Origin: a virus
Taxonomy: Duplodnaviria > Heunggongvirae > Uroviricota > Caudoviricetes
Length of the DNA: 46,847 nucleotides
Reading direction: 5' to 3' (one strand)
IMG/VR virus record: IMGVR_UViG_2923318301_000001
Coordinates: 1 to 46,847 of that record
The translations under genes were made by a program, and so were the position numbers. Below are positions 38,548 through 46,847 of this stretch, one piece after another. Each line of letters starts with the position of its first letter. The stretch's first letter is position 1. The notes under the pieces were generated by a model that ran no database searches, was not told where the DNA came from, and saw only the letters and a list, made by a program, of their open reading frames with translations.

Positions 38548-41500
38548 ATGGCAGTAAAGATTTCAGGTGTACTGAAAGACGGCGCAGGTAAACCGGTACA
38601 GAACTGCACAATCCAGCTGAAAGCAAAACGTAACAGCACCACGGTGGTGGTGAACACGGTGGCCTCAGAAAATCCGGATGAAGCCGGGCGTTACAGCATG
38701 GACGTTGAGTACGGTCAGTACAGCGTTATTCTGTTGGTGGAAGGCTTCCCGCCATCGCATGCCGGGACCATCACCGTGTATGAAGACTCACAACCGGGTA
38801 CGCTGAATGATTTTCTCGGTGCCATGACGGAGGATGATGCCCGTCCGGAGGCACTGCGCCGTTTTGAGCTGATGGTGGAAGAAGTGGCGCGTAACGCGTC
38901 CGCGGTGGCACAGAACACGGCAGAGGCTGCTATTTCTGCCTCTCAGGCCGAAGAGTTCGCGAGCAATGCTTCTGAATATGCGCTGAATAAGTTCACGTTC
39001 TATAAAACGCCGAGCGATCCGGACGGTACAATTGCAGGCCTTGCTGCTACTACCAGCGGGCAGTCTTTCCGTGTAGCGGAAGGCCCGGGAGCAACAGCGG
39101 CATTCAAAACCTACGAGAACCAGGATGGCGTGGCTATACTACAGGCTTCTCAGCCAGGCACAGCTGCTATAACAGGGACAATCCGCGAATTTCCCACGCT
39201 GGAGGCGGCACAGGCTGATGCAGACGCTGGCAATATTCTTTCTGGTTCAAAATGCTGGGTAACCAGTGCTATAAATACCTCGCTGGCTGACGAGTATGTA
39301 AATACATCCGGGGTTATGACTGCAACCGGGAGAACAATTATTTCCCAGTACAGCCTATCTTCGTCTATATCAAGAGAAGCAACTAGAAGAAAAAATGGTG
39401 ATTATCAGGATTTGATTGAATTCAAATCTCTTGATGATACAGCACTACCATTACCGGAAAATTCAGTATTAGAATTTTTGTCTCTGGCAACCACTACGGA
39501 TGTAAACACAAACTTCTATCGCCTTGTTTTTTCTTCGCTGGGTTCTGAGGTTGCGTCACTGGTTTTTCCTGGGACGAACACCCAGTATTCTGATGGTAAA
39601 TTCTGGTCAGCGTATCGCCTGTTCCGATTTCAGGATTTGAAGTATGTTTCCATTCTGGAAACGACCAGTAGTGTAGTTCGGGTTCGCTATGACCTGCCGG
39701 CTGGGTTTGGTGTTCCGGTAGCAGGCTCAAACTATATTGCACTTGATATTACAGGCAAGTTTTATCCGGCGCAGGCAGGCTCAGTTAACTCCGTCACAAG
39801 GAAGTCAATATCCGGGACAGCAATTGCCAACGCCATTCAGTTCGTGGTTACCATCGCTGAACTTACGGCTGCTGGTTATACGGCGTCGACCGTTGTTGAT
39901 TACATCAACTCAATAGCGCCAGATTGCCTCTTTGCGGCATATGCGGCATATGATACGACGATTGCCCAGACAGGGTTTGAAGATTTTTTCAGGATTCAGT
40001 TACCTGCTGGTGATTATACCGTTAGCCGTGATGGCTTTGCGCCTTCAGGACTGGCAGTGTTACCTGCCGGTGCGTATTCGGTATGGCGTAAAAAGCCTGT
40101 AAGGCAGGTATTTGTTGGAAACTTCCTGAGAAATGTTGCTGATGTTAAAAATCTGCTGTCGGCAGAATATAAAAACTATCCCGTTGAGCTTAAGGTGTCG
40201 TTTGGTCCCGGCGAAGTGCCAGACTCCGATGCGCTGAAGGTGATGGACGCTGACGGCAACGTGTTTGACTGCCAGTTTGCGGATAACGTTTATCCCAATC
40301 CACGCCTGAAATCGAACACCGGATACCATGCCGACGGCTCCCTGGCATCAGGGTCTGTGTTCATCACCGATACCCTGGCATCAGGACAGCAGAAATATTA
40401 CGAACTCAGGGCATACAATCGTCGCCGCCAGGACCTGGCCTCAGAGTCCTTCCCGCAGCTCGTGAGGGTGGCTGACGGGTTCACCGTTACCGTGGGCGGG
40501 TATGTGTATTTTTTCCAGCGCCAGAACAGCCTGGGGCTGACCAGTATCACCGACCCGGCAGGACAGACGCACAGTTTTGCGCATTCCTGTTACTGTACCG
40601 GGATTGTCTCCGGCGGATCCTCAAGTAACAAGATGGTGCTCGGTGCATCACTGCGCATGGTTAATACCGGGCCGGTCTTTACTGAGCTGGAGCTGACCGT
40701 CAGAAACCGGACCATCGGAACACTGGCTGAAGGGGCGTTACAGTCCACAGTACGCTACCGGATTTTCAAAAATGGCAAGGTGCTTATCCGGGTCATGACC
40801 ACGGCTACGCAAGATATTCCGGCTGGAGTATTATTTGGTGCATATTCCCGTCTGAACCTGAATGATGGTGCATATACCTTTGATGCCGCTAGAGCACTGA
40901 CGTACTGGACGGATTCAGTCACCGGCAAGCGATTTACGGCCACGACGGTCTTTGCTAATGGGGATATCCACCGAGATGGCCCTGCTTATGGGCCAACGCG
41001 CCCGATACGGGCAACGGCGCTGCAACCCACAGGCACAACAACTCGGCTGGACGCGGGATGGCTTTTCGTTGACCTGAATGACGATTCATTCCTGAACTGG
41101 CCTGTGCCAAAAAACTGGACGTGGACACATGAGACATGGATTGACTGCGACAACACCATCACCAGTTCCACCTCAGAGGTTAATGCACTGCTGGTAAGTC
41201 AGGCTAACAACCGCCCGGTAGGGTTCATGGGTGATTGCAGTTATGCAGGTGTTCTGCGGCTGGACATGCTGGAGAAAATCGCCTGTCACGTCAGGGGATC
41301 CGTTGAGTGGTGGAAAAGCACTGACGCTACTGTTTATGGTGGCGGACCCGATGTGAAAACGCAGTTCTATTGCCACATGGCAGAGATTTTTCTGTTAGAA
41401 AAGTATGGCATCAGCACGCTGAACACAGTGTATACGAATTTTAAATCGTACATGAGGGGATTTGGCGGCATAACTAATCCAGGTATTATGTTCACTGATG

Positions 41501-42282
41501 GATGGTGGGGGTTGCAGTTCCAGTCGCGTCTGAGTATTCCGTGCTATGAGTGGCTCTACAAAATGGCGGTGAAGGCCGGAGATACAGCCAAACAAACCGA
41601 GCTGAAGGCGGGGATTAAATCCCTCGCGGATGCCGTCATGGTGTCATATAACACCTATGGTGGCGTGGCTCTGGTGGGGACAGCCACAAACTCAGGAAAC
41701 AGCAACTCTAACGCGACAGCCATGCGCGTGCTGGCGCTGGCGATTTATATGGGGCTGGATACCGGCGGGACGTACCTTGCTGCATTCAATGCGCTGGAGA
41801 CCTTCATCACGAACTCAGCGACATTCATGAAAGCGGAAAACATTATTCTCGATGGCCCGTCGGATTCCACGCTGAAGAGCATGTACCTGCCGTACATGGT
41901 TTACGCCACTAATAACTACCTGCTGGCCTGCAAGCTGCTTAACCGGACACCAAAGTTTGACCTGGTGAATTTTATCCTGACAGCGTCAAACAGCGCGGGA
42001 GGATTCAGTGAGGTGGATTACTGCATCTCTGAAAGCCGACGTGGTGGCGCGAACACTATCGCGTTTGCGTTACTGCCGCTGTTTCAGTCCGCCAGGCCGT
42101 CAGCAATGATTGCCGCAAAATCGCTGTTCGGAATTTTTGAGACGCAGTACGGGCCGAAACCGGGACTACCAAAGCGCTTCTTTGATTTTGACGGCAGCAG
42201 TGCGGCTGGCAGCACGATGTATGACCCGTGCTTTGTGGCGTCAACGCTTGCCGACCTTTGGCTGTCATATGGCTACAATTAA
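38548..42282 (+). CDS. Side tail fibre / tailspike-like protein with lambda Stf N-terminal anchor and divergent large C-terminal region
   Basis: 1246 aa; first ~120 aa near-identical to my recollection of lambda Stf (MAVKISGVLKDGAGKPVQNCTIQLKAKRNSTTVVVNTV...), remainder unrelated to the Stf repeats. Confidence 0.8.
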   Translation: MAVKISGVLKDGAGKPVQNCTIQLKAKRNSTTVVVNTVASENPDEAGRYSMDVEYGQYSVILLVEGFPPSHAGTITVYEDSQPGTLNDFLGAMTEDDARPEALRRFELMVEEVARNASAVAQNTAEAAISASQAEEFASNASEYALNKFTFYKTPSDPDGTIAGLAATTSGQSFRVAEGPGATAAFKTYENQDGVAILQASQPGTAAITGTIREFPTLEAAQADADAGNILSGSKCWVTSAINTSLADEYVNTSGVMTATGRTIISQYSLSSSISREATRRKNGDYQDLIEFKSLDDTALPLPENSVLEFLSLATTTDVNTNFYRLVFSSLGSEVASLVFPGTNTQYSDGKFWSAYRLFRFQDLKYVSILETTSSVVRVRYDLPAGFGVPVAGSNYIALDITGKFYPAQAGSVNSVTRKSISGTAIANAIQFVVTIAELTAAGYTASTVVDYINSIAPDCLFAAYAAYDTTIAQTGFEDFFRIQLPAGDYTVSRDGFAPSGLAVLPAGAYSVWRKKPVRQVFVGNFLRNVADVKNLLSAEYKNYPVELKVSFGPGEVPDSDALKVMDADGNVFDCQFADNVYPNPRLKSNTGYHADGSLASGSVFITDTLASGQQKYYELRAYNRRRQDLASESFPQLVRVADGFTVTVGGYVYFFQRQNSLGLTSITDPAGQTHSFAHSCYCTGIVSGGSSSNKMVLGASLRMVNTGPVFTELELTVRNRTIGTLAEGALQSTVRYRIFKNGKVLIRVMTTATQDIPAGVLFGAYSRLNLNDGAYTFDAARALTYWTDSVTGKRFTATTVFANGDIHRDGPAYGPTRPIRATALQPTGTTTRLDAGWLFVDLNDDSFLNWPVPKNWTWTHETWIDCDNTITSSTSEVNALLVSQANNRPVGFMGDCSYAGVLRLDMLEKIACHVRGSVEWWKSTDATVYGGGPDVKTQFYCHMAEIFLLEKYGISTLNTVYTNFKSYMRGFGGITNPGIMFTDGWWGLQFQSRLSIPCYEWLYKMAVKAGDTAKQTELKAGIKSLADAVMVSYNTYGGVALVGTATNSGNSNSNATAMRVLALAIYMGLDTGGTYLAAFNALETFITNSATFMKAENIILDGPSDSTLKSMYLPYMVYATNNYLLACKLLNRTPKFDLVNFILTASNSAGGFSEVDYCISESRRGGANTIAFALLPLFQSARPSAMIAAKSLFGIFETQYGPKPGLPKRFFDFDGSSAAGSTMYDPCFVASTLADLWLSYGYN

Positions 42283-42296
42283 TGGAAAATAGAAAT

Positions 42297-42324
42297 CAAA
42301 AGGCCTAAATAATACGGCCTTTTG
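42297..42324. terminator. Hairpin after the Stf-like gene (possible terminator)
   Basis: 9-bp stem caaaaggcc / ggccttttg with 10-nt loop; A-tract before and T-tract within/after. Confidence 0.4.
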
Positions 42325-42779
42325 ATTTGCGGGGGTATATATGGCGCTTAAGCTATTAGCCAATAATAACGCAAAGAGTGTTCTCGCTGCGGGTATTAGC
42401 GCGTCCGCTACCGTTATTACCGTGGGTACCGGAGCGGGGGCTTTATTCCCTTCCCCTGTATCTGGACAGAGCTATTTCAAATTAACGATAACCGACGCGG
42501 CCACGAAAACAATATCTGAAATTATGCACGTCACGTCTGTATCCGGTGACGTGATGACAGTAATTCGTGGTCAGGAAGGAACTACGGCACGCGTATGGTC
42601 AACGAATGACATTGTCGCGAATTTAATGACCGCCGGATCATTGTTATCTTTCCTGCAGATCAGCAATAACCTGTCAGAAATTAAAGATGCCGGTGAGGAT
42701 GCGATAAATGAAGCCCGTTATAACCTCGGAATATCTGATTCCTCTGGTTTTGTCGGGCGTTCACTTGGCGCTCCAAAAG

Positions 42780-42788
42780 CTTTCTATG
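42780..42788. repeat. IS903 target-site duplication (left copy)
   Basis: ctttctatg, identical to 43846..43854. Confidence 0.85.
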
Positions 42789-43845
42789 GGCTTTGTTGAA
42801 TAAATCGAACTTTTGCTGAGTTGAAGGATCAGATCACGCATCTTCCCGACAACGCAGACCGTTCCGTGGCAAAGCAAAAGTTCAAAATCACCAACTGGCC
42901 CACCTACAATAAAGCCCTCATCAACCGTGGCTCCATAACTTTCTGGCTGGATGATGAAGCTATTCAGGCCTGGTATGAGTCAGCAACACCTTCTTCACGA
43001 GGCAGACCTCAGCGCTATTCTGACCTTGCCATCACCACCGTTCTGGTCATTAAACGCGTGTTCAGGTTGACCCTGCGGGCTGCACAGGGTTTTATTGATT
43101 CCATTTTTTCTCTGATGAACGTTCCGCTACGCTGCCCGGATTACAGCTGTGTCAGCAGGCGGGCAAAGTCGGTTAATGTCAGTTTCAAAACGCCCACCCG
43201 GGGTGAAATCGCACACCTGGTAATTGATTCCACCGGGCTGAAGGTCTTCGGTGAAGGCGAGTGGAAAGTCAAAAAGCATGGCCAGGAACGCCGCCGTATC
43301 TGGCGTAAGCTGCATCTCGCCGTTGACAGTAAAACACATGAAATCATCTGCGCTGACCTGTCGCTGAACAACGTTACGGACTCAGAGGCCTTCCCCGGGT
43401 TAATCCGGCAAACCCACCGGAAAATCAGGTCAGCCGCCGCCGATGGCGCTTACGATACCCGGCTCTGTCACGATGAACTGCGGCGTAAGAAAATCAGCGC
43501 GCTTATCCCTCCCCGAAAAGGTGCGGGTTACTGGCCCGGTGAATATGCAGACCGTAACCGTGCAGTGGCTAATCAGCGAATGACCGGGAGTAATGCGCGG
43601 TGGAAATGGACAACAGATTACAACCGTCGCTCGATAGCGGAAACGGCGATGTACCGGGTAAAACAGCTGTTCGGGGGTTCACTGACGCTGCGTGACTACG
43701 ATGGTCAGGTTGCGGAGGCTATGGCCCTGGTACGAGCGCTGAACAAAATGACGAAAGCAGGTATGCCTGAAAGCGTGCGTATTGCCTGAAAACACAACCC
43801 GCTACGGGGGAGACTTACCCGAAATCTGATTTATTCAACAAAGCC
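42789..43845 (+). mobile_element. IS903 (IS5 family), intact
   Basis: 1057 bp; 18-bp terminal inverted repeats ggctttgttgaataaatc (42789..42806 and reverse complement at 43828..43845); single transposase ORF; 9-bp direct target duplication. Confidence 0.85.
42866..43789 (+). CDS. IS903 transposase (DDE)
   Basis: 307 aa from GTG at 42866 (track ORF starts at TTG 42821); IS5-family transposase features. Confidence 0.8.
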   Translation: MAKQKFKITNWPTYNKALINRGSITFWLDDEAIQAWYESATPSSRGRPQRYSDLAITTVLVIKRVFRLTLRAAQGFIDSIFSLMNVPLRCPDYSCVSRRAKSVNVSFKTPTRGEIAHLVIDSTGLKVFGEGEWKVKKHGQERRRIWRKLHLAVDSKTHEIICADLSLNNVTDSEAFPGLIRQTHRKIRSAAADGAYDTRLCHDELRRKKISALIPPRKGAGYWPGEYADRNRAVANQRMTGSNARWKWTTDYNRRSIAETAMYRVKQLFGGSLTLRDYDGQVAEAMALVRALNKMTKAGMPESVRIA

Positions 43846-43854
43846 CTTTCTATG
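43846..43854. repeat. IS903 target-site duplication (right copy)
   Basis: ctttctatg, identical to 42780..42788. Confidence 0.85.
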
Positions 43855-44442
43855 CAAACGGAACCTATACGCGATCTCCTCTGGCCCGTTATGCAAAAGT
43901 AACGTTGACCGGCGCCGGTGGTGGCGGTGGCGGCTGCCAGGCCTCCAACAATACAGAAACCTTCTCCGGTGCCGGCGGCGGTGCGGGTGCGACCATTATC
44001 GTATGGGTTGACCTGTCTGCTGCCAGTTCTTACGCGATTACTGTCGGCAAGGGTGGTAAGGGCGGAGTTGGCGCAGTAAGTGGTGCGGATGGTGGTGCTA
44101 CCTCGTTTGCCAGCCTGTTCTCAGCTCCTGGCGGGAAAGGCGGCGTGAAGTCAGGCGTGTCCAATACCGCCGGCGGCGCCGGAGGTACGGCGGCGACCGG
44201 AGATATCAGGATCAACGGTGGTACCGGCTCAGATGGACAGACAGGCTCAAGCCTTCTGACGGGCAACGGCGGGGCGTCGTATTTTGGCGGCGGTGGCCGG
44301 GCGGGTTCTCAGGCCGGTATTGCTGGCGCAGCTCCCGGATCCGGTGGTGGTGGCGCGTATGACCTTGGGTTTACCGGTACGGCATTTACCGGTGGTGATG
44401 GTGCTACTGGCATGGCGATCGTGGAAGAATTCGCGTAATGGC

Positions 44443-45603
44443 TTACACTCCTGCACGACCATCGATGTAATCAGCCCACCACTGCATCATTTCTCTGCGC
44501 TTATCGAGATACTGAGCATGATTGTAAATTCCACGCACAGATCCGCCGTTGGCATGTGCCAGTTGCACTTCAATAGCATCAGCGGGCCATTCGTTCTCGT
44601 TCATAATCGTGCTGAATTCATGCCTGAATCCGTGACCGCTTTCCAGCCCCTCATAGCCGATTTGTTTGATCACAAGCAATACCGCGTTCTCGCAGATTGG
44701 TTTCTTCTTATCGTTGCGCCCGGCAAAAACAAACTCTGAGACTGGTTTGGTGATTGAGCTTAGCGTAGTGAGAAGTTCAACCACCTGGTCTGACATAGGA
44801 ACCACATGAATTTTGCGTCCCTTCATCACACTGGCGTCGATGGTGATAATCCTGTTTTCAAAATCGACGTTCTTCCATAGCATGGAACGAAGCTCTTTCG
44901 TTCTTAGGGCTGTGTAGCGTAAAACTTTGGTCGCAATGAGCGATACGATACTTCCTGAAAATGTTGCCAGTGCTTTATTGAATGCCGGGATCTGGTCTGC
45001 AGGAAGAAACGGGAAGTTCTTCTTGCGGTATCCCTTCATGGCGTCAGCAAGGTCAGGTGCTGGGTTATATTTAGCCCTTCCGGTGACAATAGCGTAACGG
45101 AAAACCTCTCCGCATCTTCTGCGGGCTTTGTTGGCTCGCTCCATTGCACCGCGATCTTCGAATCTTCGGATTACTTCCAGCAGTTGCATCGGCTCAATAT
45201 CCTGAATCTCAAGACCGCCGATGATGGGTAAAATGTCGTCATCAAACATTTTGGCAAGTTCAGTTGCATAGCCTACTGACCAGACTTGCTTCTTGTGCTC
45301 GTACCATTCCTTGTAAATCGCACTAAAGGAATTGTTGTTAGACGAAGCCTTTTTCGCCTTTACCGGATCGATGCCAGCCGAGATGTCTTTCCTCGCAGTC
45401 CATGCCTTATCCCTTGCCTCCTGCAAAGTCATAAGTGGATATTTTCCGACGGTCAGGATTTTCTCCTTACCGTCAATCTTGTAGCGAAGCTGCCATACCT
45501 TTTTCCCGGATACAGGAACATAAAGGTACAGGCCATTACCATCGAGAAGGCGGTATGGTTTTTCTTTCGGCTTTGCTGCTTCAATCTGCTTAACGGTGAG
45601 CAT
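44443..45603 (-). CDS. intS: Prophage integrase IntS (tyrosine recombinase)
   Basis: 386 aa from MLTVKQIEAAKPKEKPYRLLDG (track start at 45639 adds 12 codons); matches my recollection of E. coli IntS; adjacent to argW. Confidence 0.9.
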   Translation of the reverse strand: MLTVKQIEAAKPKEKPYRLLDGNGLYLYVPVSGKKVWQLRYKIDGKEKILTVGKYPLMTLQEARDKAWTARKDISAGIDPVKAKKASSNNNSFSAIYKEWYEHKKQVWSVGYATELAKMFDDDILPIIGGLEIQDIEPMQLLEVIRRFEDRGAMERANKARRRCGEVFRYAIVTGRAKYNPAPDLADAMKGYRKKNFPFLPADQIPAFNKALATFSGSIVSLIATKVLRYTALRTKELRSMLWKNVDFENRIITIDASVMKGRKIHVVPMSDQVVELLTTLSSITKPVSEFVFAGRNDKKKPICENAVLLVIKQIGYEGLESGHGFRHEFSTIMNENEWPADAIEVQLAHANGGSVRGIYNHAQYLDKRREMMQWWADYIDGRAGV

Positions 45604-45763
45604 GGGTAAAAATCCGGTGGGTAAAATTATTTTATCCACTTTTTACCCGTCATGGAGTGCGGCTGTCAACGATCTGACGCGAACCATGACGAACCGTGAA
45701 TATACGGAAGGCTTGATATTCAGGGGATTTTGCGGACTGGTACGGATGGGAGCGAACTGATAA

Positions 45764-45779
45764 ATGGTGTCCCCTGCAG
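45764..45779. repeat. att core at the tRNA (attL)
   Basis: atggtgtcccctgcag, identical to 4567..4582; covers the tRNA 3' acceptor end. Confidence 0.75.
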
Positions 45780-45839
45780 GAATCGAACCTGCAATTAGCC
45801 CTTAGGAGGGGCTCGTTATATCCATTTAACTAAGAGGAC
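45765..45839 (-). tRNA. argW: tRNA-Arg (anticodon CCU)
   Basis: 75-nt reverse-strand sequence with 3' CCA, T-arm GGTTCGATTCC and anticodon loop CTCCTAA; matches my recollection of E. coli argW. Confidence 0.9.
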
Positions 45840-45914
45840 AATGCGGCATGAGTATACCCGCTAATGGACTGCGGGGTAAGTACGCTGCCGCTCGATTGCT
45901 TAAACCCTCGCCAT

Positions 45915-46847
45915 TTATGCCGGGTTTTTATCATTTTTCTTAATGTTTTCCGCACGTTCTGCTTTTTGGCGTGCTTCTGCTTTGCGCTTGTTGCTCATGT
46001 CGTTGCGGATCTGTGCATGACTCATTAACGCGAAGATAAAGGTGCCGCCGCAGATGTTCCCCGCTAAAGTAGGTAGTGCGAAGGGCCAGATGAAATCGCT
46101 CCAGTGCAGCGTACCGTTAAACACCAGATAGAGGATTTCAACAGAACCGACAACGATGTGAGTGGTGTCACCCAGGGCAATAAGCCAGGTCATCAATATA
46201 ATCACCACAATCTTTGCCGCACCCGCTGCAGGAAACATCCATACCATAGTGGCGATCAGCCAGCCGGAAATGATCGCGTTGGCAAACATCTCGCTGGGGG
46301 TGTTCTTCATCACATCCATGCCGATTTTGACAAATGCATCGCGAGTTTCTTCATTGAAGATTGGCATATATTCAAATGCCCACGCCGCAATACCTGTCCC
46401 GAGAATATTACCCAGCAGCACGACGCCCCATAACCGCATAAGTAAGCCAACGTTGCTCATTGTCGGTTTTTGCATGACGGGTAGTACCGCAGTCACGGTG
46501 TTTTCGGTAAATAATTGCTGGCGGGCCATAATGACGATAATAAAACCAAAGGTATAACCGAGATTCTCCAGCAAGAAGCTGCCCGGCACGCCTTCCAGTT
46601 CGACATGAAATATCCCTTTTGCCAGTAGCGAAGCGCCCATCGACAGACCCGCCGCAATGGCTGACCACAGTAGTGCCATTGCGTCGCGTTCCAGCTCTTT
46701 TTCACCATCCTGGCGGATATGCTCATGAATTGCCATCGCCCGGGAGGGGAGTCGGTCTTCATCTATTTCTATTTTTTTGCCGCGCTCTTTTTCTTCGCTC
46801 TCAACTTCAATTTCGTCGCTGTGTTGATCAATTTTGTCGTTGTCCAT
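45915..46847 (-). CDS. yfdC: Inner-membrane formate/nitrite transporter family protein YfdC (host gene)
   Basis: 310 aa with multiple transmembrane segments; start codon is the last 3 nt of the window; its position next to argW is as I recall for E. coli K-12. Confidence 0.8.
   Translation of the reverse strand: MDNDKIDQHSDEIEVESEEKERGKKIEIDEDRLPSRAMAIHEHIRQDGEKELERDAMALLWSAIAAGLSMGASLLAKGIFHVELEGVPGSFLLENLGYTFGFIIVIMARQQLFTENTVTAVLPVMQKPTMSNVGLLMRLWGVVLLGNILGTGIAAWAFEYMPIFNEETRDAFVKIGMDVMKNTPSEMFANAIISGWLIATMVWMFPAAGAAKIVVIILMTWLIALGDTTHIVVGSVEILYLVFNGTLHWSDFIWPFALPTLAGNICGGTFIFALMSHAQIRNDMSNKRKAEARQKAERAENIKKNDKNPA

Larger units (their letters stand above)
42341..44438 (+). pseudogene. Glycine-rich tail fibre gene interrupted by IS903
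   Basis: Segments 42341..42788 and 43855..44438 join in-frame once the IS and one target-duplication copy are removed (1032 nt, 343 codons plus stop); N-terminus MALKLLANNNAKSVLAAGISASATVITVG, C-terminus glycine-rich. Confidence 0.75.
4567..45779. mobile_element. Lambdoid prophage of KplE1/CPS-53 type integrated in argW, ~41 kb, apparently near-complete
   Basis: 16-bp direct repeat at both ends (4567..4582 and 45764..45779); IntS at the tRNA end, TorI at the far end; full immunity, replication, lysis, packaging, head and tail modules in between. Confidence 0.8.

Noticed and set aside
44284-44739. ORF 44284..44739 (+) and other ORFs antisense to intS
   Set aside because: Overlap the conserved integrase coding sequence; no independent support.
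1-46847. CRISPR arrays or other long tandem repeat arrays
   Set aside because: No regularly spaced direct repeats seen; the only repeats are the O-gene iterons, the IS903 inverted repeats and target duplication, and the att and tRNA-derived fragments.

Overview
46.8-kb window from an Enterobacteriaceae (E. coli/Shigella-like) chromosome covering the argW tRNA-Arg integration hotspot. All calls are by eye from the sequence and the supplied ORF track; no database search was run, so family names and gene symbols are recalled similarity, not verified hits. Right edge: host yfdC-like transporter gene (45915..46847, minus) and tRNA-Arg(CCU) (45765..45839, minus). Left of the tRNA lies a ~41-kb lambdoid prophage (about 4567..45779) bounded by a 16-bp direct repeat (atggtgtcccctgcag). 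It has IntS at the tRNA-proximal end and the TorI recombination directionality factor at the far end, i.e. KplE1/CPS-53-type, but apparently near-complete: yfdT/S/R/Q/P-like early-left genes, cI/cro immunity region, O-like initiator with in-gene iterons, RusA, KilA-N, DUF968, Q, lysis cassette, bor, cos-like site, terminase, portal, protease-capsid fusion, lambda-like tail (Z U V G/GT H M L K I J), lom, a 1246-aa fibre/tailspike with a lambda Stf-like N-terminus, and a glycine-rich tail fibre interrupted by an intact IS903 (1057 bp, 9-bp target duplication). Positions 1..4582 are the int-proximal end of a second, tandemly integrated island (P4-type integrase, 251-aa cargo ORF, AlpA, small HTH ORFs, rolling-circle-type Rep). 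The main unexplained items are: (i) a reverse-oriented ClpP/S49-fold protease gene between Q and the holin; (ii) a GC-rich, heavily structured ~450-bp non-coding block plus an AT-rich 144-aa ORF in the immunity region; (iii) the island cargo ORF between int and alpA; (iv) a split copy of the argW 3' segment bracketing torI. No CRISPR array, rRNA, or additional tRNA was seen.
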